DNA from: a virus
Lineage: Duplodnaviria; Caudoviricetes
Virus record (IMG/VR): IMGVR_UViG_3300037761_000056
Location: 1 to 41,499 of that record
Length of the DNA: 41,499 nucleotides
Reading direction: 5' to 3' (one strand)
Position numbers and translations under genes: made by a program. The notes beneath the pieces were generated by a model. The model worked only from the letters and a program-made list of their open reading frames with translations. It ran no database searches and was not told the DNA's origin. Numbering within the stretch: the stretch's first letter is position 1; each line of letters opens with the position of its first letter. This document shows, in pieces, positions 25,701-34,232 of this stretch.

Positions 25701-28480
25701 AGGCTCCCAAGCGTGTTGTGGTCAACAACATCCCAGGTCAAGCGGAGATGCGCCAAGGTGTGAAGACTCAGGCGGAAATTGACGCTCTTGGGGGACGCCC
25801 TCAGTCGCTTAACTATGTTGAAAAAGCATATACTGCAACCACAAGTCCTGGCCATTTGATTGGTAAGCTGCTTGGGGATAAGGGTAAGCATCTCCCTACC
25901 CATATGCATCCAGAACGGCTCATCGAGATGTTTGGGAGGTGGACCCACCAAGCGCATGCATTCGTCTATGGTCGTCCGTTTATAGAGGGACCAGATGGTA
26001 ACCTAATCGAACTCACTTACACAAAACCAGATGGGACAGTGGTTCCCGTAAAGAACATGCAGGAAATCTATCATATGGTAGAAGGTGACTATGAGGGCTT
26101 AGGGAACCTAATGGCTGCAATGACCCATATTGAGATGTCTGGCACACCTAGAGGCTCTAACGCTCCCCTTGATCTTGGTGCTGCGCTGGCATTTGCTAGG
26201 TCGATGCCAGAGAACTATCATGTGGCGGTACGGGAAGCACGCAAGTTGAATGAAGCTCTCCTGAATGTGATGCAACAAGCGGGACTCATCTCCGTGGAAG
26301 CAAAGCTCGCGATGGCAATGGAGAACTGGTACGCGCCGATGGAGAGAGTGTTTGGTCAATCGGTGCAGCATGGTCCCATAGATGCAAAGGGGAAGGCTAT
26401 AGGAGCAGCCACTCCGGTGCATAGCCGTAAGGGGAAGTCCAAGGAGCCTGTGCGTAACCCATTTGAGTCTATGCGTTACATGATCCCTCGTATCATGAGA
26501 GGGGTAGAGGTTAATAAAGCAAAGCTAGCGTTGATTGACGTGCGTAACGCGGACCCAGACACATGGGACGCATTTGTGACACGAGCGCCACGAACTAAGA
26601 AAGCAAAGGATAACGACCCCTATATTGCGAGAGTGAAGACCATCAAGGAACTCCTCAACCTTGAGACCAAGGATGCTGAGGGCTTGGGCTCATTGTTTAT
26701 GTCTCCATTGGATGAAGTCCGAGGGGATAAGCTCTCCCCTCGTGCCTACACCATGTCTATGTACAGGGATGGGGTGATGGAGACCTATCGTCTCGATGAC
26801 TGGATAGCTTATGCTTACAAGTCCCTCAAGCCGGAGGAGTTCAGTGGACTCACTCAGTTCTTGGGGGCTCCTGCACAGCTGGCTAAGAAGGGGATCACTC
26901 GTCATCCTATGTTTGTGACTTGGATGGCGTTCTTTGATAACTTTCAGTTGTGGATGAACTCTCAAGCATCCGTTGCGGAGGGGTTCAAACCAGGGTGGAC
27001 GTTCTTTGAGGGCCTCCAGCATTCGTTTAGGCGTAGCCCTGAATATATGGAGATCATGGCTGGGGGCGGAATCCATACTCTCCCCACAGCAGGAGCACAG
27101 AAAGGTATTCATACTCGGTTGTTGGATCTCAAGACACATGAGGGCAATGCTGTTCAATCTGCGATAAACTCTGCGAAGGAACTCAACTTTGTTGAAGCAT
27201 ACCTTGAGATGCTGCGTCCGGTGGCTGAGGCTGGGAGGCTTGGTGAAGCCCTTCGGGTGCGGGGACAGGGAGGCTCGGTGGCGGATGCCGTCTACGCAGG
27301 GCGCACGATAGGAGGGAACTTCTCCCATGTCGCACCAGCCATTCGAGCACTTAACCACCAAACGATGTTTCTCAACCCAGTAGTTAAGGCTCTGGACCAA
27401 GCCGCCTTTGCAGCTGGAGTCAACCCCTTCCGGGTGCCAGATGTGGGACGTAAGCGAGCTGCGATGCGGTACGCAGGAAAAGGCTTCCTCGCCTTTGTGC
27501 TCCCCACAGCATACATCTATTCCACTTATATGCAAGATGAGCATCTCAACTCTGTCCGTAAAACGGAGCAGGGGCGTCGCTACTGGTGGTTCCGTGCTCC
27601 ATGGAGTAATGGAGGCTTTGATGGGCTCCTTAAGATTCGTAAGCCGCAGGCCGAAGGTCAGTTCTTTGCTACTGGAACGGAGATGATTCTAGACAAGATG
27701 TTCGACGATGACCCTGTTACTGCAGGGGAGTGGCTCAAATCCCTTGCCACGGAGTCCTCGGTGAGCTTGGCTCCAGTGCTCCCTGCGATTGGGATTAGCT
27801 TGTGGGCTAACAAGGACCTGCACTTTGGTTCCCCTATTGTTAGTAGGGGGAAGGAAGACTTGGAATCTGCTTCACAGTCCAGCCGAACTAGTAGTGAGCC
27901 CGCGAAGGCGGTAAGTGACTTCCTCAAGCCGGTGACGGAGACTAGTGGAGCGTTGGACTCAGAGCTGTGGCGTCGAGTGCTCAGCCCCGCTGGACTGGAC
28001 TATCTCGCAAGAGGCTTTGGTGGGATGGTAGCACAAGATGCGTTGGAGTCTGTCTCTGACGCTGTGCGGTGGAACCGGGAGCGTTTCCTCGAACCACCCT
28101 CGGAGTGGCCTATAGTGCGTCGCATCCTTGTGGACTATCCCTTTGTTGCCACCAGGGAGGTGGAACAGTTCTACGATAACCTTGGTGAGGTGGATCGTGT
28201 CTCCCGGCAGATCACTAGCTTGGCTGAGACTGATCCAGATGAGTTCATGGCTTACTGGCAGCGACACCAAGGTCAGGCTATGCAGATTGGTTCAGTAATG
28301 AAGACTCGTCAGGACATCATCGAGCTCCGTCAGGGAATGGAGAACCTTGAGCATATGATAGGTCTGCCGCCGGGTCAGAAGCGGGAGATGAGACGGCAAA
28401 TGACCTTGATGATTATTGAACAGGCTCGAATGGCTAATGCAGTGACGAAGGCGATACAAGCAGCTACGCCCCAGAAGTGA
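22706..28480 (+). CDS. large internal virion/ejection protein with LPD38-like C-terminal domain
   Basis: ~1920 aa; KIRKPQAEG and ANKDLHFGSPIV motifs; last gene of the structural arm. Confidence 0.7.
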   Translation: MPQQETLEQRRKREERERRKQAYLQQYGGGTDVATMPPLVRAASETSGISGIQQDVERKRRKEAYLQQFGAAQPDLETGRGKAQAEAQNLAEQQAKLDILLARADIDPDQRTRLEELKKTYAPASLLGRRKTEERPVVENIGRGVGAGVPKGAAFAFGDLPGAILNIPGTLVPGIPKVGQGLRDWSQEVNATMDEVFDPQGIGGALGDLIGQAAGGSIGYGLVNAKVAVQMLKVLPKGALRTLVEKSATGSIGQRVAGQAVISIPLDAFQAATLEDADGWQKLLQFGVAQSAGAIGAAAIPAPKVKPPPSARPVDLTAPKGEAPSQGTMETIAAGQALAAERNINEAAKVAWKKANPKKKWNDLKREERDAVYNAYRSSDDGATAVAQMQQGVVDVQNMQIELELAGKTVPSTPATPEGQATVKKGAKPSPTDRDVQMEFDSIEASISSVRTAWMDALDDPTTAGRAKILKTQLDALMDYREDLLAHGAVGRSSGELTEVRNKQGDVVLRPVPAGTPETGAAFFDRTLKEAYKIEDFAERQEYLRSVQGSAPDNKSALNITREINRLEEKRIDQLVQENTIRGEEVDASGRLTPEQQTTARAESEKVLGPLVEQAKPQAAEPTTHVTAEPETNPLLQTDKPLSWHQANARQMQMDELDAIVTQMKTQAGEDAPDHLRNIIAAYRVELKRMQQGATSRAILEKHDLSTRKSPRTAPEPETGQPPSMGIESPLAPLHRAQTASTVEPPSPTTSGTGLRTIPGIKPLSEFTRTEVRSAVQLIKANLASTDDLTRQLDLAHDLKLLKARRVELKAESKAAGASPKPKAVESGDGTMHLVDEGGQPILGDDGLPVQVRRDFNDPASPTANTKPVLGESKTTPSLAPDDGRIPNPEHYKAKPKALSDADLQSHIRDLEEKIDILDPVTAEGYVKRLDAMRDELIRRQNPPRTNGTMLYTPPELGGAVAGYALGFMVAPNDEVRGEWALTGALLLGAGGYGVRKYKAPKRVVVNNIPGQAEMRQGVKTQAEIDALGGRPQSLNYVEKAYTATTSPGHLIGKLLGDKGKHLPTHMHPERLIEMFGRWTHQAHAFVYGRPFIEGPDGNLIELTYTKPDGTVVPVKNMQEIYHMVEGDYEGLGNLMAAMTHIEMSGTPRGSNAPLDLGAALAFARSMPENYHVAVREARKLNEALLNVMQQAGLISVEAKLAMAMENWYAPMERVFGQSVQHGPIDAKGKAIGAATPVHSRKGKSKEPVRNPFESMRYMIPRIMRGVEVNKAKLALIDVRNADPDTWDAFVTRAPRTKKAKDNDPYIARVKTIKELLNLETKDAEGLGSLFMSPLDEVRGDKLSPRAYTMSMYRDGVMETYRLDDWIAYAYKSLKPEEFSGLTQFLGAPAQLAKKGITRHPMFVTWMAFFDNFQLWMNSQASVAEGFKPGWTFFEGLQHSFRRSPEYMEIMAGGGIHTLPTAGAQKGIHTRLLDLKTHEGNAVQSAINSAKELNFVEAYLEMLRPVAEAGRLGEALRVRGQGGSVADAVYAGRTIGGNFSHVAPAIRALNHQTMFLNPVVKALDQAAFAAGVNPFRVPDVGRKRAAMRYAGKGFLAFVLPTAYIYSTYMQDEHLNSVRKTEQGRRYWWFRAPWSNGGFDGLLKIRKPQAEGQFFATGTEMILDKMFDDDPVTAGEWLKSLATESSVSLAPVLPAIGISLWANKDLHFGSPIVSRGKEDLESASQSSRTSSEPAKAVSDFLKPVTETSGALDSELWRRVLSPAGLDYLARGFGGMVAQDALESVSDAVRWNRERFLEPPSEWPIVRRILVDYPFVATREVEQFYDNLGEVDRVSRQITSLAETDPDEFMAYWQRHQGQAMQIGSVMKTRQDIIELRQGMENLEHMIGLPPGQKREMRRQMTLMIIEQARMANAVTKAIQAATPQK
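23861..23876. promoter_or_regulatory. 16-bp palindromic binding site, copy 4 (GTTGCACAAATGCAAC), intragenic
   Basis: Consensus match inside the large ejection gene. Confidence 0.6.
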
Positions 28481-28504
28481 ATAAGCCACAACAACAAGGG
28501 GCGC

Positions 28505-29650
28505 TCATCCAAGTGGGTAATACCTCCCATTCCGTAAGGAGATGCGATTCATGGCGGTGAGGCTCTGAATGATCTCGGTCATGTCCTCTAGTTGAAGGTT
28601 GTGCTTGAACTTGTCCAGCAGTTGAGCCATAGTGGCTCCACCTTGAGGCGTGTGTTGGGCGATGGTGAAGAATACCTGCTCCTGATCGAATGCCAGGGGG
28701 TTCCGCCCTACGTGAGCAAAGACCTTAGGCATGTCCACTTCGACCTCCTCTAACAACACAAGCGCTCGTTGCATGTCCTCCAAGGTAATTACCATCTCGT
28801 TCCTGAACGAGGCAGCGATGGCCATAGAGAGCTTCATTAGATGGGTAGGCTTGCGCTCGTAATAACCAGCAAGGCGAGGGTCCACCAAATGAGTTAATCT
28901 CTCTTGGTATTCGATCCCCCATCCAGTATCCTACCACTCATAAGCCTCAGGGGTCAGCTGGTACTGCCCATTCAACGTGCTTATTTCGATGAGATCATCA
29001 TGGAGCAACTCCTTAAGCTTGGCTTGGGCGGGAGTCAACTTCGGTATCATCGGTTTGATACGAGGAGTGTCTTGATAAATACTGATGATGCGACTGGTGA
29101 GGCCTATCCCAACAGTATCAAGGGGCATTGCACTGGCGAGCCAATCTGGAGTAGTTCCCGCCAGAACGTTAAAGCAAGGAGCAATAATCTTGCGCTCACC
29201 TCCGGCCTCAGTACGATGAATCCACTCATCAGGGCTATCGAAGATGTCAGTCATGAATCCCACCATGTTCATCCCCGAGGTAGTAAAGAAGGAGGCGAAC
29301 TCGCTACTGTGTGCGGTGAGGGCGCTTTGACCGTCCTTGTGCGCCAGCACCATGTCACGAATGAGGCGCTCACGTGATGTGGAGTCCACACTGAATTGGA
29401 GGCCTGGCACCCCACGCATGATGTCCCGGCTTATACGCATGGCAGTAGACTTCCTACACCGTCCTGCAGGCGCAACCAGCAATACATACATGTTGGGGTA
29501 GTAACGGAAGTATGTTAGGTCTACCAGAACGCGGCGTTGAAGCACCCCTGCAATGGCGCTGATAGCAGTCCACTTGTGGAATAACTCAGGAGATTGTGAT
29601 TCAGCTGTGTAGACTAGGTAGGCCTCGATCCAACTGGGGAGTCGGGCCAT
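28505..29650 (-). pseudogene. DUF3987/YfjI-type P-loop ATPase (putative replicative helicase) with in-frame TAG at 28931-28933
   Basis: Walker A APAGRCRKST, SSEF, LAGTTP, GLTSR, C-terminal winged-helix-like region; two ORF-track ORFs share one frame across a single TAG. Confidence 0.7.
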
Positions 29651-29874
29651 CAAGCAAACCACCCACTGCGTATGCGATTGAACAAGCGCCGAACAACATA
29701 GGAGCGAATGAGTGACACCACGGTGAAGATTGCTCCTATGGCAAGGTTGGTGGTAAGAGGAGGGTTCCAGCCGAAGAGGGGGAACACCAGAAGCTGGCTT
29801 ATCAGTGCGATGGTGTAGCCGATGAGAACGTTGACGCAGGCCTCAATGAATGACCCACGACGAGATTGAGTCAT
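29650..29874 (-). CDS. small membrane protein (MTQSRRGSFIEA family)
   Basis: Two TM helices, SLIRSYVVRRLFN motif; coupled overlaps. Confidence 0.7.
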   Translation of the reverse strand: MTQSRRGSFIEACVNVLIGYTIALISQLLVFPLFGWNPPLTTNLAIGAIFTVVSLIRSYVVRRLFNRIRSGWFA

Positions 29875-32291
29875 GCAGCCCACTCCTTGAGTCCGTTAGG
29901 GTTGTCCTCACTTGCGTGTCCCCAGTTGCTCCCAATCTGGATGTCAACGGGAATGGTGAAGGTAATACCATTGAGGGTGATGGGAATACGCATAGCGTCA
30001 AGAATGATGGGGATAGCGATGTGGAGGTTCTCGGTAGGCACCTGGCTGAGAATGGAGTCATGCACCTGACACAACGTGCGGAGGCCAAGGGAGGGGTGTT
30101 GCTTCTCGATAGCATAAGTCCTGGCCCACGCCATGCGCCCAAGCCAGCCAACAGTGGACTGGGGGACCCAGCTGTATGCTTCACGTAGCAGTGCATCATC
30201 CATCCGCCCGTAGAAGGTACGTTGGAGGCCAAAGGGGTTGGTTAGTGTGCGGGTGCGCTTAAGCTCCCGTTCCACACCACGCCAGAAGACCTCCTTAATT
30301 TCTGGGTAGAGAAGGAAGTACTGGATTAGGAGGTGCTGTGCCTCATCAGTACTGATGCGGACTCCAGTTATGGTCGCGTCCTCATTCACTACAGCTGCAA
30401 GGCGCTTGGCTTCCATTCCGTAATTAGCTGCATGAACAACCCGTTTCGCCAGGTATCTTTCAATGGGAGAGATGCTCTCCACTGATTTTCCGAAGATTCT
30501 TGCTGCATTCTCCCTATGGACATCTCTAGAGGGGTCTGTGAAGAGTTCGATAAGCCCTTGACATCGAGCCTGCACAGCCACAACTCGCGCTTCCGCCTGA
30601 CTAAAGTCGGGATACAAGAACACGCACCCTTCATCTGGAATGTACATTCGCCGCAAGGCATCAGGCACATTCTGGAGATTACCTCCCGAACCGTAGATCG
30701 AGGCACGGCTAGCCAACCGATAGCTTCTGGTACCAGTGGGGTCAAAAGAACATCTGTATCTACCATCGCCATCAACTGGTGATACAAGGTATCGTTCGAG
30801 CATATCTCGACTTTCACGTATTCCCAGAATGTTGGAGAGCACAGGATGACTAAATCGTCCTGCAAGAGCATGAATCGCATCTTTATCAGCAGTTGGGCGG
30901 CCCGTTCCACGTTTGTACTGAGAGGGGAGTTTGAGTTTGTCATATAGAAGGTGTTGGACTTGTTGGGAGGACTTGACATTGACTGAGCCCCCCGCTAGGG
31001 CATCAAGCGAAGCTTGGAGTTGACCCGCCAGGGTGGTGTGCTGATGAGTGAGTTGCTCCCTCACCGCCATATCCACACGGAGCCCACGCCACATTGAGTG
31101 CATACACACTTCGTTATGCCGCATGGCCTCACGGAATGGTTCCATAAGCTGGCGTTCCTTCAAATCCACTTGCTGGGAGCGTTGAATCTCCATCGTTACT
31201 GCGGCGTCGAGGGCATTGTAACGGTAGAACATATCCAAGTCCTCCGTTTGCTTCCACAGCTTCCCGTCGTCCTTGTAGAAAGGTTCCTCGGTGTAAACGG
31301 AGGTCTGGAAGGCAAGGCCCTTCTGGAACACGCTCATTCGTTTCTTTCCGTGCGCCACGCTGATCTCGTCCTGTCCACTAGAGGCTTCCGCAAACAAGAT
31401 GTGGTGTGCTATCATGGTGTCCCACCAGAATGCCTTGCACTCCATCCCGTTATCACGGAGGACGGTTACGTCGAACTGTCCGTTTTGGTAAACCTTGGGG
31501 ATGGAGTTCTCACAGAGAGCCTGGATCGTGCCGAAGTCCTCGCCACTCACCACCACCGCCACCGAAGGATTAGAACTGAATGCAACGCAAGCGAGCTTCC
31601 ACGAACCGTCGTCACGTTGCCAGCACTCAATGTCAACACCAAGGACATGAGCACTATGCAGGCGATCAATCTCCTCCTGATATGTTGCTGGGCTTATGGT
31701 GTCAGTAACCCACTCTGTCCCTACCCGATGGATAGCCTTGTTGCCAGGGATGTAAAACCTACGTTTGGGATAGGTAAGTGAACCTCCCTCCCTGTGCTTT
31801 GCAACGCGCTGGAGGTCAAATCCAAGGATGGCACCAGCCTCGTACACTCGCATGCAGTAAGCAGGGTGAAAGCTGGGAATGACCTTGAAACCGGGAACTA
31901 GAGTGGAAGGAAGGATGCTCCCACGGTACTTGGTGATTCCTTTCTTCCCAGTAAGGATTTGGGTGGGGTAGGTGCCAAGGGCTACGATAACATTAGGACG
32001 CACTTCACGGATGTCTTTGGCTAGCTGGGCGATTCCTTGGAGGAGATGAATCTGGCCAGCGGCAGTGAAGAACCACTCGAATTTGTTACCTGGTGGTTGG
32101 ACGTGTGCTATGTTAGTGATAAAGCAATCCGAGCGGCTTATCCCAGCTTTGTGTAGAGTCTGGTTAAGCACCATTCCAGCACCGCCAACGAAGGGCTCAC
32201 CAGTAGCAATTTCAGTTGAGCCCTTCGTTGGCGGTGCTTCACCACAAATAAGTATGCGCGCCGACTTTGAGCCTGATTGGATGAGATTCAT
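29871..32291 (-). CDS. polA: family A DNA polymerase with N-terminal uracil-DNA glycosylase-like and 3'-5' exonuclease domains
   Basis: UDG-4 motifs GEAP..PFVG, VIVALG, FHPAY; Exo DIE, NGQFD, YNALD; Pol motifs DFSQAEAR, RYLAKRVVHAANYG, VHDS. Confidence 0.92.
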   Translation of the reverse strand: MNLIQSGSKSARILICGEAPPTKGSTEIATGEPFVGGAGMVLNQTLHKAGISRSDCFITNIAHVQPPGNKFEWFFTAAGQIHLLQGIAQLAKDIREVRPNVIVALGTYPTQILTGKKGITKYRGSILPSTLVPGFKVIPSFHPAYCMRVYEAGAILGFDLQRVAKHREGGSLTYPKRRFYIPGNKAIHRVGTEWVTDTISPATYQEEIDRLHSAHVLGVDIECWQRDDGSWKLACVAFSSNPSVAVVVSGEDFGTIQALCENSIPKVYQNGQFDVTVLRDNGMECKAFWWDTMIAHHILFAEASSGQDEISVAHGKKRMSVFQKGLAFQTSVYTEEPFYKDDGKLWKQTEDLDMFYRYNALDAAVTMEIQRSQQVDLKERQLMEPFREAMRHNEVCMHSMWRGLRVDMAVREQLTHQHTTLAGQLQASLDALAGGSVNVKSSQQVQHLLYDKLKLPSQYKRGTGRPTADKDAIHALAGRFSHPVLSNILGIRESRDMLERYLVSPVDGDGRYRCSFDPTGTRSYRLASRASIYGSGGNLQNVPDALRRMYIPDEGCVFLYPDFSQAEARVVAVQARCQGLIELFTDPSRDVHRENAARIFGKSVESISPIERYLAKRVVHAANYGMEAKRLAAVVNEDATITGVRISTDEAQHLLIQYFLLYPEIKEVFWRGVERELKRTRTLTNPFGLQRTFYGRMDDALLREAYSWVPQSTVGWLGRMAWARTYAIEKQHPSLGLRTLCQVHDSILSQVPTENLHIAIPIILDAMRIPITLNGITFTIPVDIQIGSNWGHASEDNPNGLKEWAA
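32178..32238. repeat. perfect 22-bp inverted repeat (17-nt loop) inside the UDG domain
   Basis: agcaccgccaacgaagggctca (32178-32199) / tgagcccttcgttggcggtgct (32217-32238). Confidence 0.9.
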
Positions 32292-32473
32292 TGCACAAGC
32301 TCATCAATTATCTTTTTGAGTTCAGATAAATCTGAGTTCTCTATTGTTCCTATGTATTTGCCGCTTGAGTACTCAGTGTCTTTATAGTATACCATAAGGA
32401 ACACATCCCCTGAGTAAACGCTTTTTGTTGGCCTAATTAACCACCGACCTACTTGATGTTCAGTTATCATCAC
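32288..32473 (-). CDS. hypothetical protein, AT-rich
   Basis: GAGGAG RBS, coupled overlaps. Confidence 0.55.
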   Translation of the reverse strand: MMITEHQVGRWLIRPTKSVYSGDVFLMVYYKDTEYSSGKYIGTIENSDLSELKKIIDELVQ

Positions 32474-33711
32474 TTGTTCTCCTCAGCAGTCCAGGCCTTG
32501 ATCTTCTTGATCGCAAGTGCTCGGCGCTCAGGGTCCAACTCTACGCCAAAGTAGTCCCTGTGGAGGGAGGCTGCTGCTGCGAGGCACGAACCAGAGCCCA
32601 CGAAGAAGTCCGCCACTATTTCTCCAGGAATGGTGTGGTACTGGATGAGCTTTTGGTAGAGCTCAACAGGGCGTTCCACAAGGGCTTCGCGTTCCTCTGT
32701 GGAGACAGGCGGGACTTTGATAACGTTAGACTCTGGGCGCTGTGCAAAGACTGCCTCACCCTTACGACACGACAGCGCTACATCATATCCCTTAGGATAC
32801 AGGTAGGAAGGTTGGTTCGTGAAGGTGCGCCCAGCAGACCGATCCCACATCACTGGGATTTCATCTACAGCAAAGCCTACATCACGAAACAAGGGCTTTA
32901 CATATGCATACCAACTCATCCCAAAGAACCATATCAACCATCCGTTAGGCTTGAGTACGCGATACAAGTCAGGGGCCATTGTAAGGAGCTGTGTGTAACG
33001 TTGCTTATCGTCAGTATAAGCACTCATCTCCCCAACTGTTCCTGCTATGCGCTCCCCGTAGTCCACACCGAAGGGTGGGTCCGTGATGATAGCATGGAAG
33101 GAGTGGTTAGGAATCTGCTTGATAACCTCCACGGAGTCCCCCAGCCATATCTTCTCTTCGATCTCCTGGTAGTCCGTGGGGTTGTCCTTGACGTCTTGCA
33201 CACGGAGCACTTGTTTGGACTTTTGCTCAGCCCACCTAAGGGCTTGTCCGGGGTTCTCCGCATTGGCGATCTCAGGGAACAGCTTAATGGCTTCCACCCG
33301 CTTTTTGGCTCTGCTTACGGAAGCCTTATCTGTGGCTCCCCCCACAAGGGCAGCGGTGAGGGAGTTAGTCCAGTTAGGGTCCTTAAGGCGCCGAAGGCGG
33401 TCGATCTCCACAATGGCTGTGTCACGTTCGAGCCAAGTGAATTGCTGCCTCTGGAGGTTAGTTTCCAGCTCGATCTCTCGTGCGAGCAACTCCGTTACGT
33501 TGCTTTGCTGGACAGCTTCGATCTCGGTCCAGCCGTTCAGCTGGGCAGCCGTTAGGCGACGGAAGCCATCCAGGAGCTCCCCTCTGTCATCCACCACCAC
33601 AGGGACCAACTGGTTGAATTGGATGAGGGAGGAAGCGAGTTCTTCAATGTCACCTAGTTCCTCACGAAATCGAGAACGTGTGACATGGATGGAGGAGATG
33701 GGGAGTTTCAT
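32470..33711 (-). CDS. ParB/Spo0J-HTH fused to a beta-class N6A/N4C DNA methyltransferase
   Basis: ParB LLDGFRRLTAA and ELETNLQRQ; HTH WTNSLTAALVG...SVSR; MTase GDS, ITDPPF (motif IV), ERP..L, DFFVGSGS (motif I); ATG 33711 coupled. Confidence 0.88.
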   Translation of the reverse strand: MKLPISSIHVTRSRFREELGDIEELASSLIQFNQLVPVVVDDRGELLDGFRRLTAAQLNGWTEIEAVQQSNVTELLAREIELETNLQRQQFTWLERDTAIVEIDRLRRLKDPNWTNSLTAALVGGATDKASVSRAKKRVEAIKLFPEIANAENPGQALRWAEQKSKQVLRVQDVKDNPTDYQEIEEKIWLGDSVEVIKQIPNHSFHAIITDPPFGVDYGERIAGTVGEMSAYTDDKQRYTQLLTMAPDLYRVLKPNGWLIWFFGMSWYAYVKPLFRDVGFAVDEIPVMWDRSAGRTFTNQPSYLYPKGYDVALSCRKGEAVFAQRPESNVIKVPPVSTEEREALVERPVELYQKLIQYHTIPGEIVADFFVGSGSCLAAAASLHRDYFGVELDPERRALAIKKIKAWTAEENK

Positions 33712-34148
33712 GGTGCAGAAGGCAAACCAAACGTAATCCACGGCCACTCGGACTTTTCCTTAATGGCTTGAAGACTGTCAAGTTCTTGTTCAGTAAGTGG
33801 TTCGGGTTGAGATCCTAGTTGATTACAGATTAAAGGGTTTTGTGTAGGCAAGTCCCAAATGGCAGCTAGTTGGTTCAGCTGCTGTGCCGCAGCAAGCAGG
33901 TTATTTTGCTGCTGTGCTGGTGCGTACTCTGAAGCAAGCTGAAGGTTATTTTGCGACGCACCTAGAAGTTGACCAGGGAATGGTTGTATGGGTAATAGGC
34001 TAAGAAGAAACCTAATCAGATCTTCTGGTTCTTCGCCATCAAGCCGGCGTATGTCTGCAGGAGTTAGCCTAACTATGAGAGTATCAAGGGGGACATCTAC
34101 CCCGATACTCAGTGTTGCTTTTTCTGCGTTGTACTCTACATTGATCAC
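33708..34148 (-). CDS. hypothetical protein
   Basis: GGAG RBS, 146 aa, coupled to the ParB-MTase. Confidence 0.55.
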   Translation of the reverse strand: MINVEYNAEKATLSIGVDVPLDTLIVRLTPADIRRLDGEEPEDLIRFLLSLLPIQPFPGQLLGASQNNLQLASEYAPAQQQNNLLAAAQQLNQLAAIWDLPTQNPLICNQLGSQPEPLTEQELDSLQAIKEKSEWPWITFGLPSAP

Positions 34149-34167
34149 TTAGTTCTCCGATGGGAGC

Positions 34168-34183
34168 GTTGCACGGGTGCAAC
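34168..34183. promoter_or_regulatory. 16-bp palindromic binding site, copy 5 (GTTGCACGGGTGCAAC)
   Basis: Perfect-armed copy upstream of the gene pair ending in the ParB-MTase. Confidence 0.7.
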
Positions 34184-34187
34184 CCTG

Positions 34188-34224
34188 CGGAGGGACCAAA
34201 CAGGCACTGGTCTTGGTCCCTCCG
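34188..34224 (-). terminator. stem-loop after the SSB gene (terminator or processing site)
   Basis: 12-bp perfect stem cggagggaccaa/ttggtccctccg; no U-tract. Confidence 0.45.
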
Positions 34225-34232
34225 GTTGGGGG

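Noticed and set aside
29871-32291. Modified-base (Z or hmU) genome
   Set aside because: No purZ, dNTPase or hydroxymethylase genes recognised.
19663-33555. Long antisense ORFs such as 19663-20682, 26690-27544 and 32560-33555
   Set aside because: They lie opposite well-supported genes and lack RBS or motifs.
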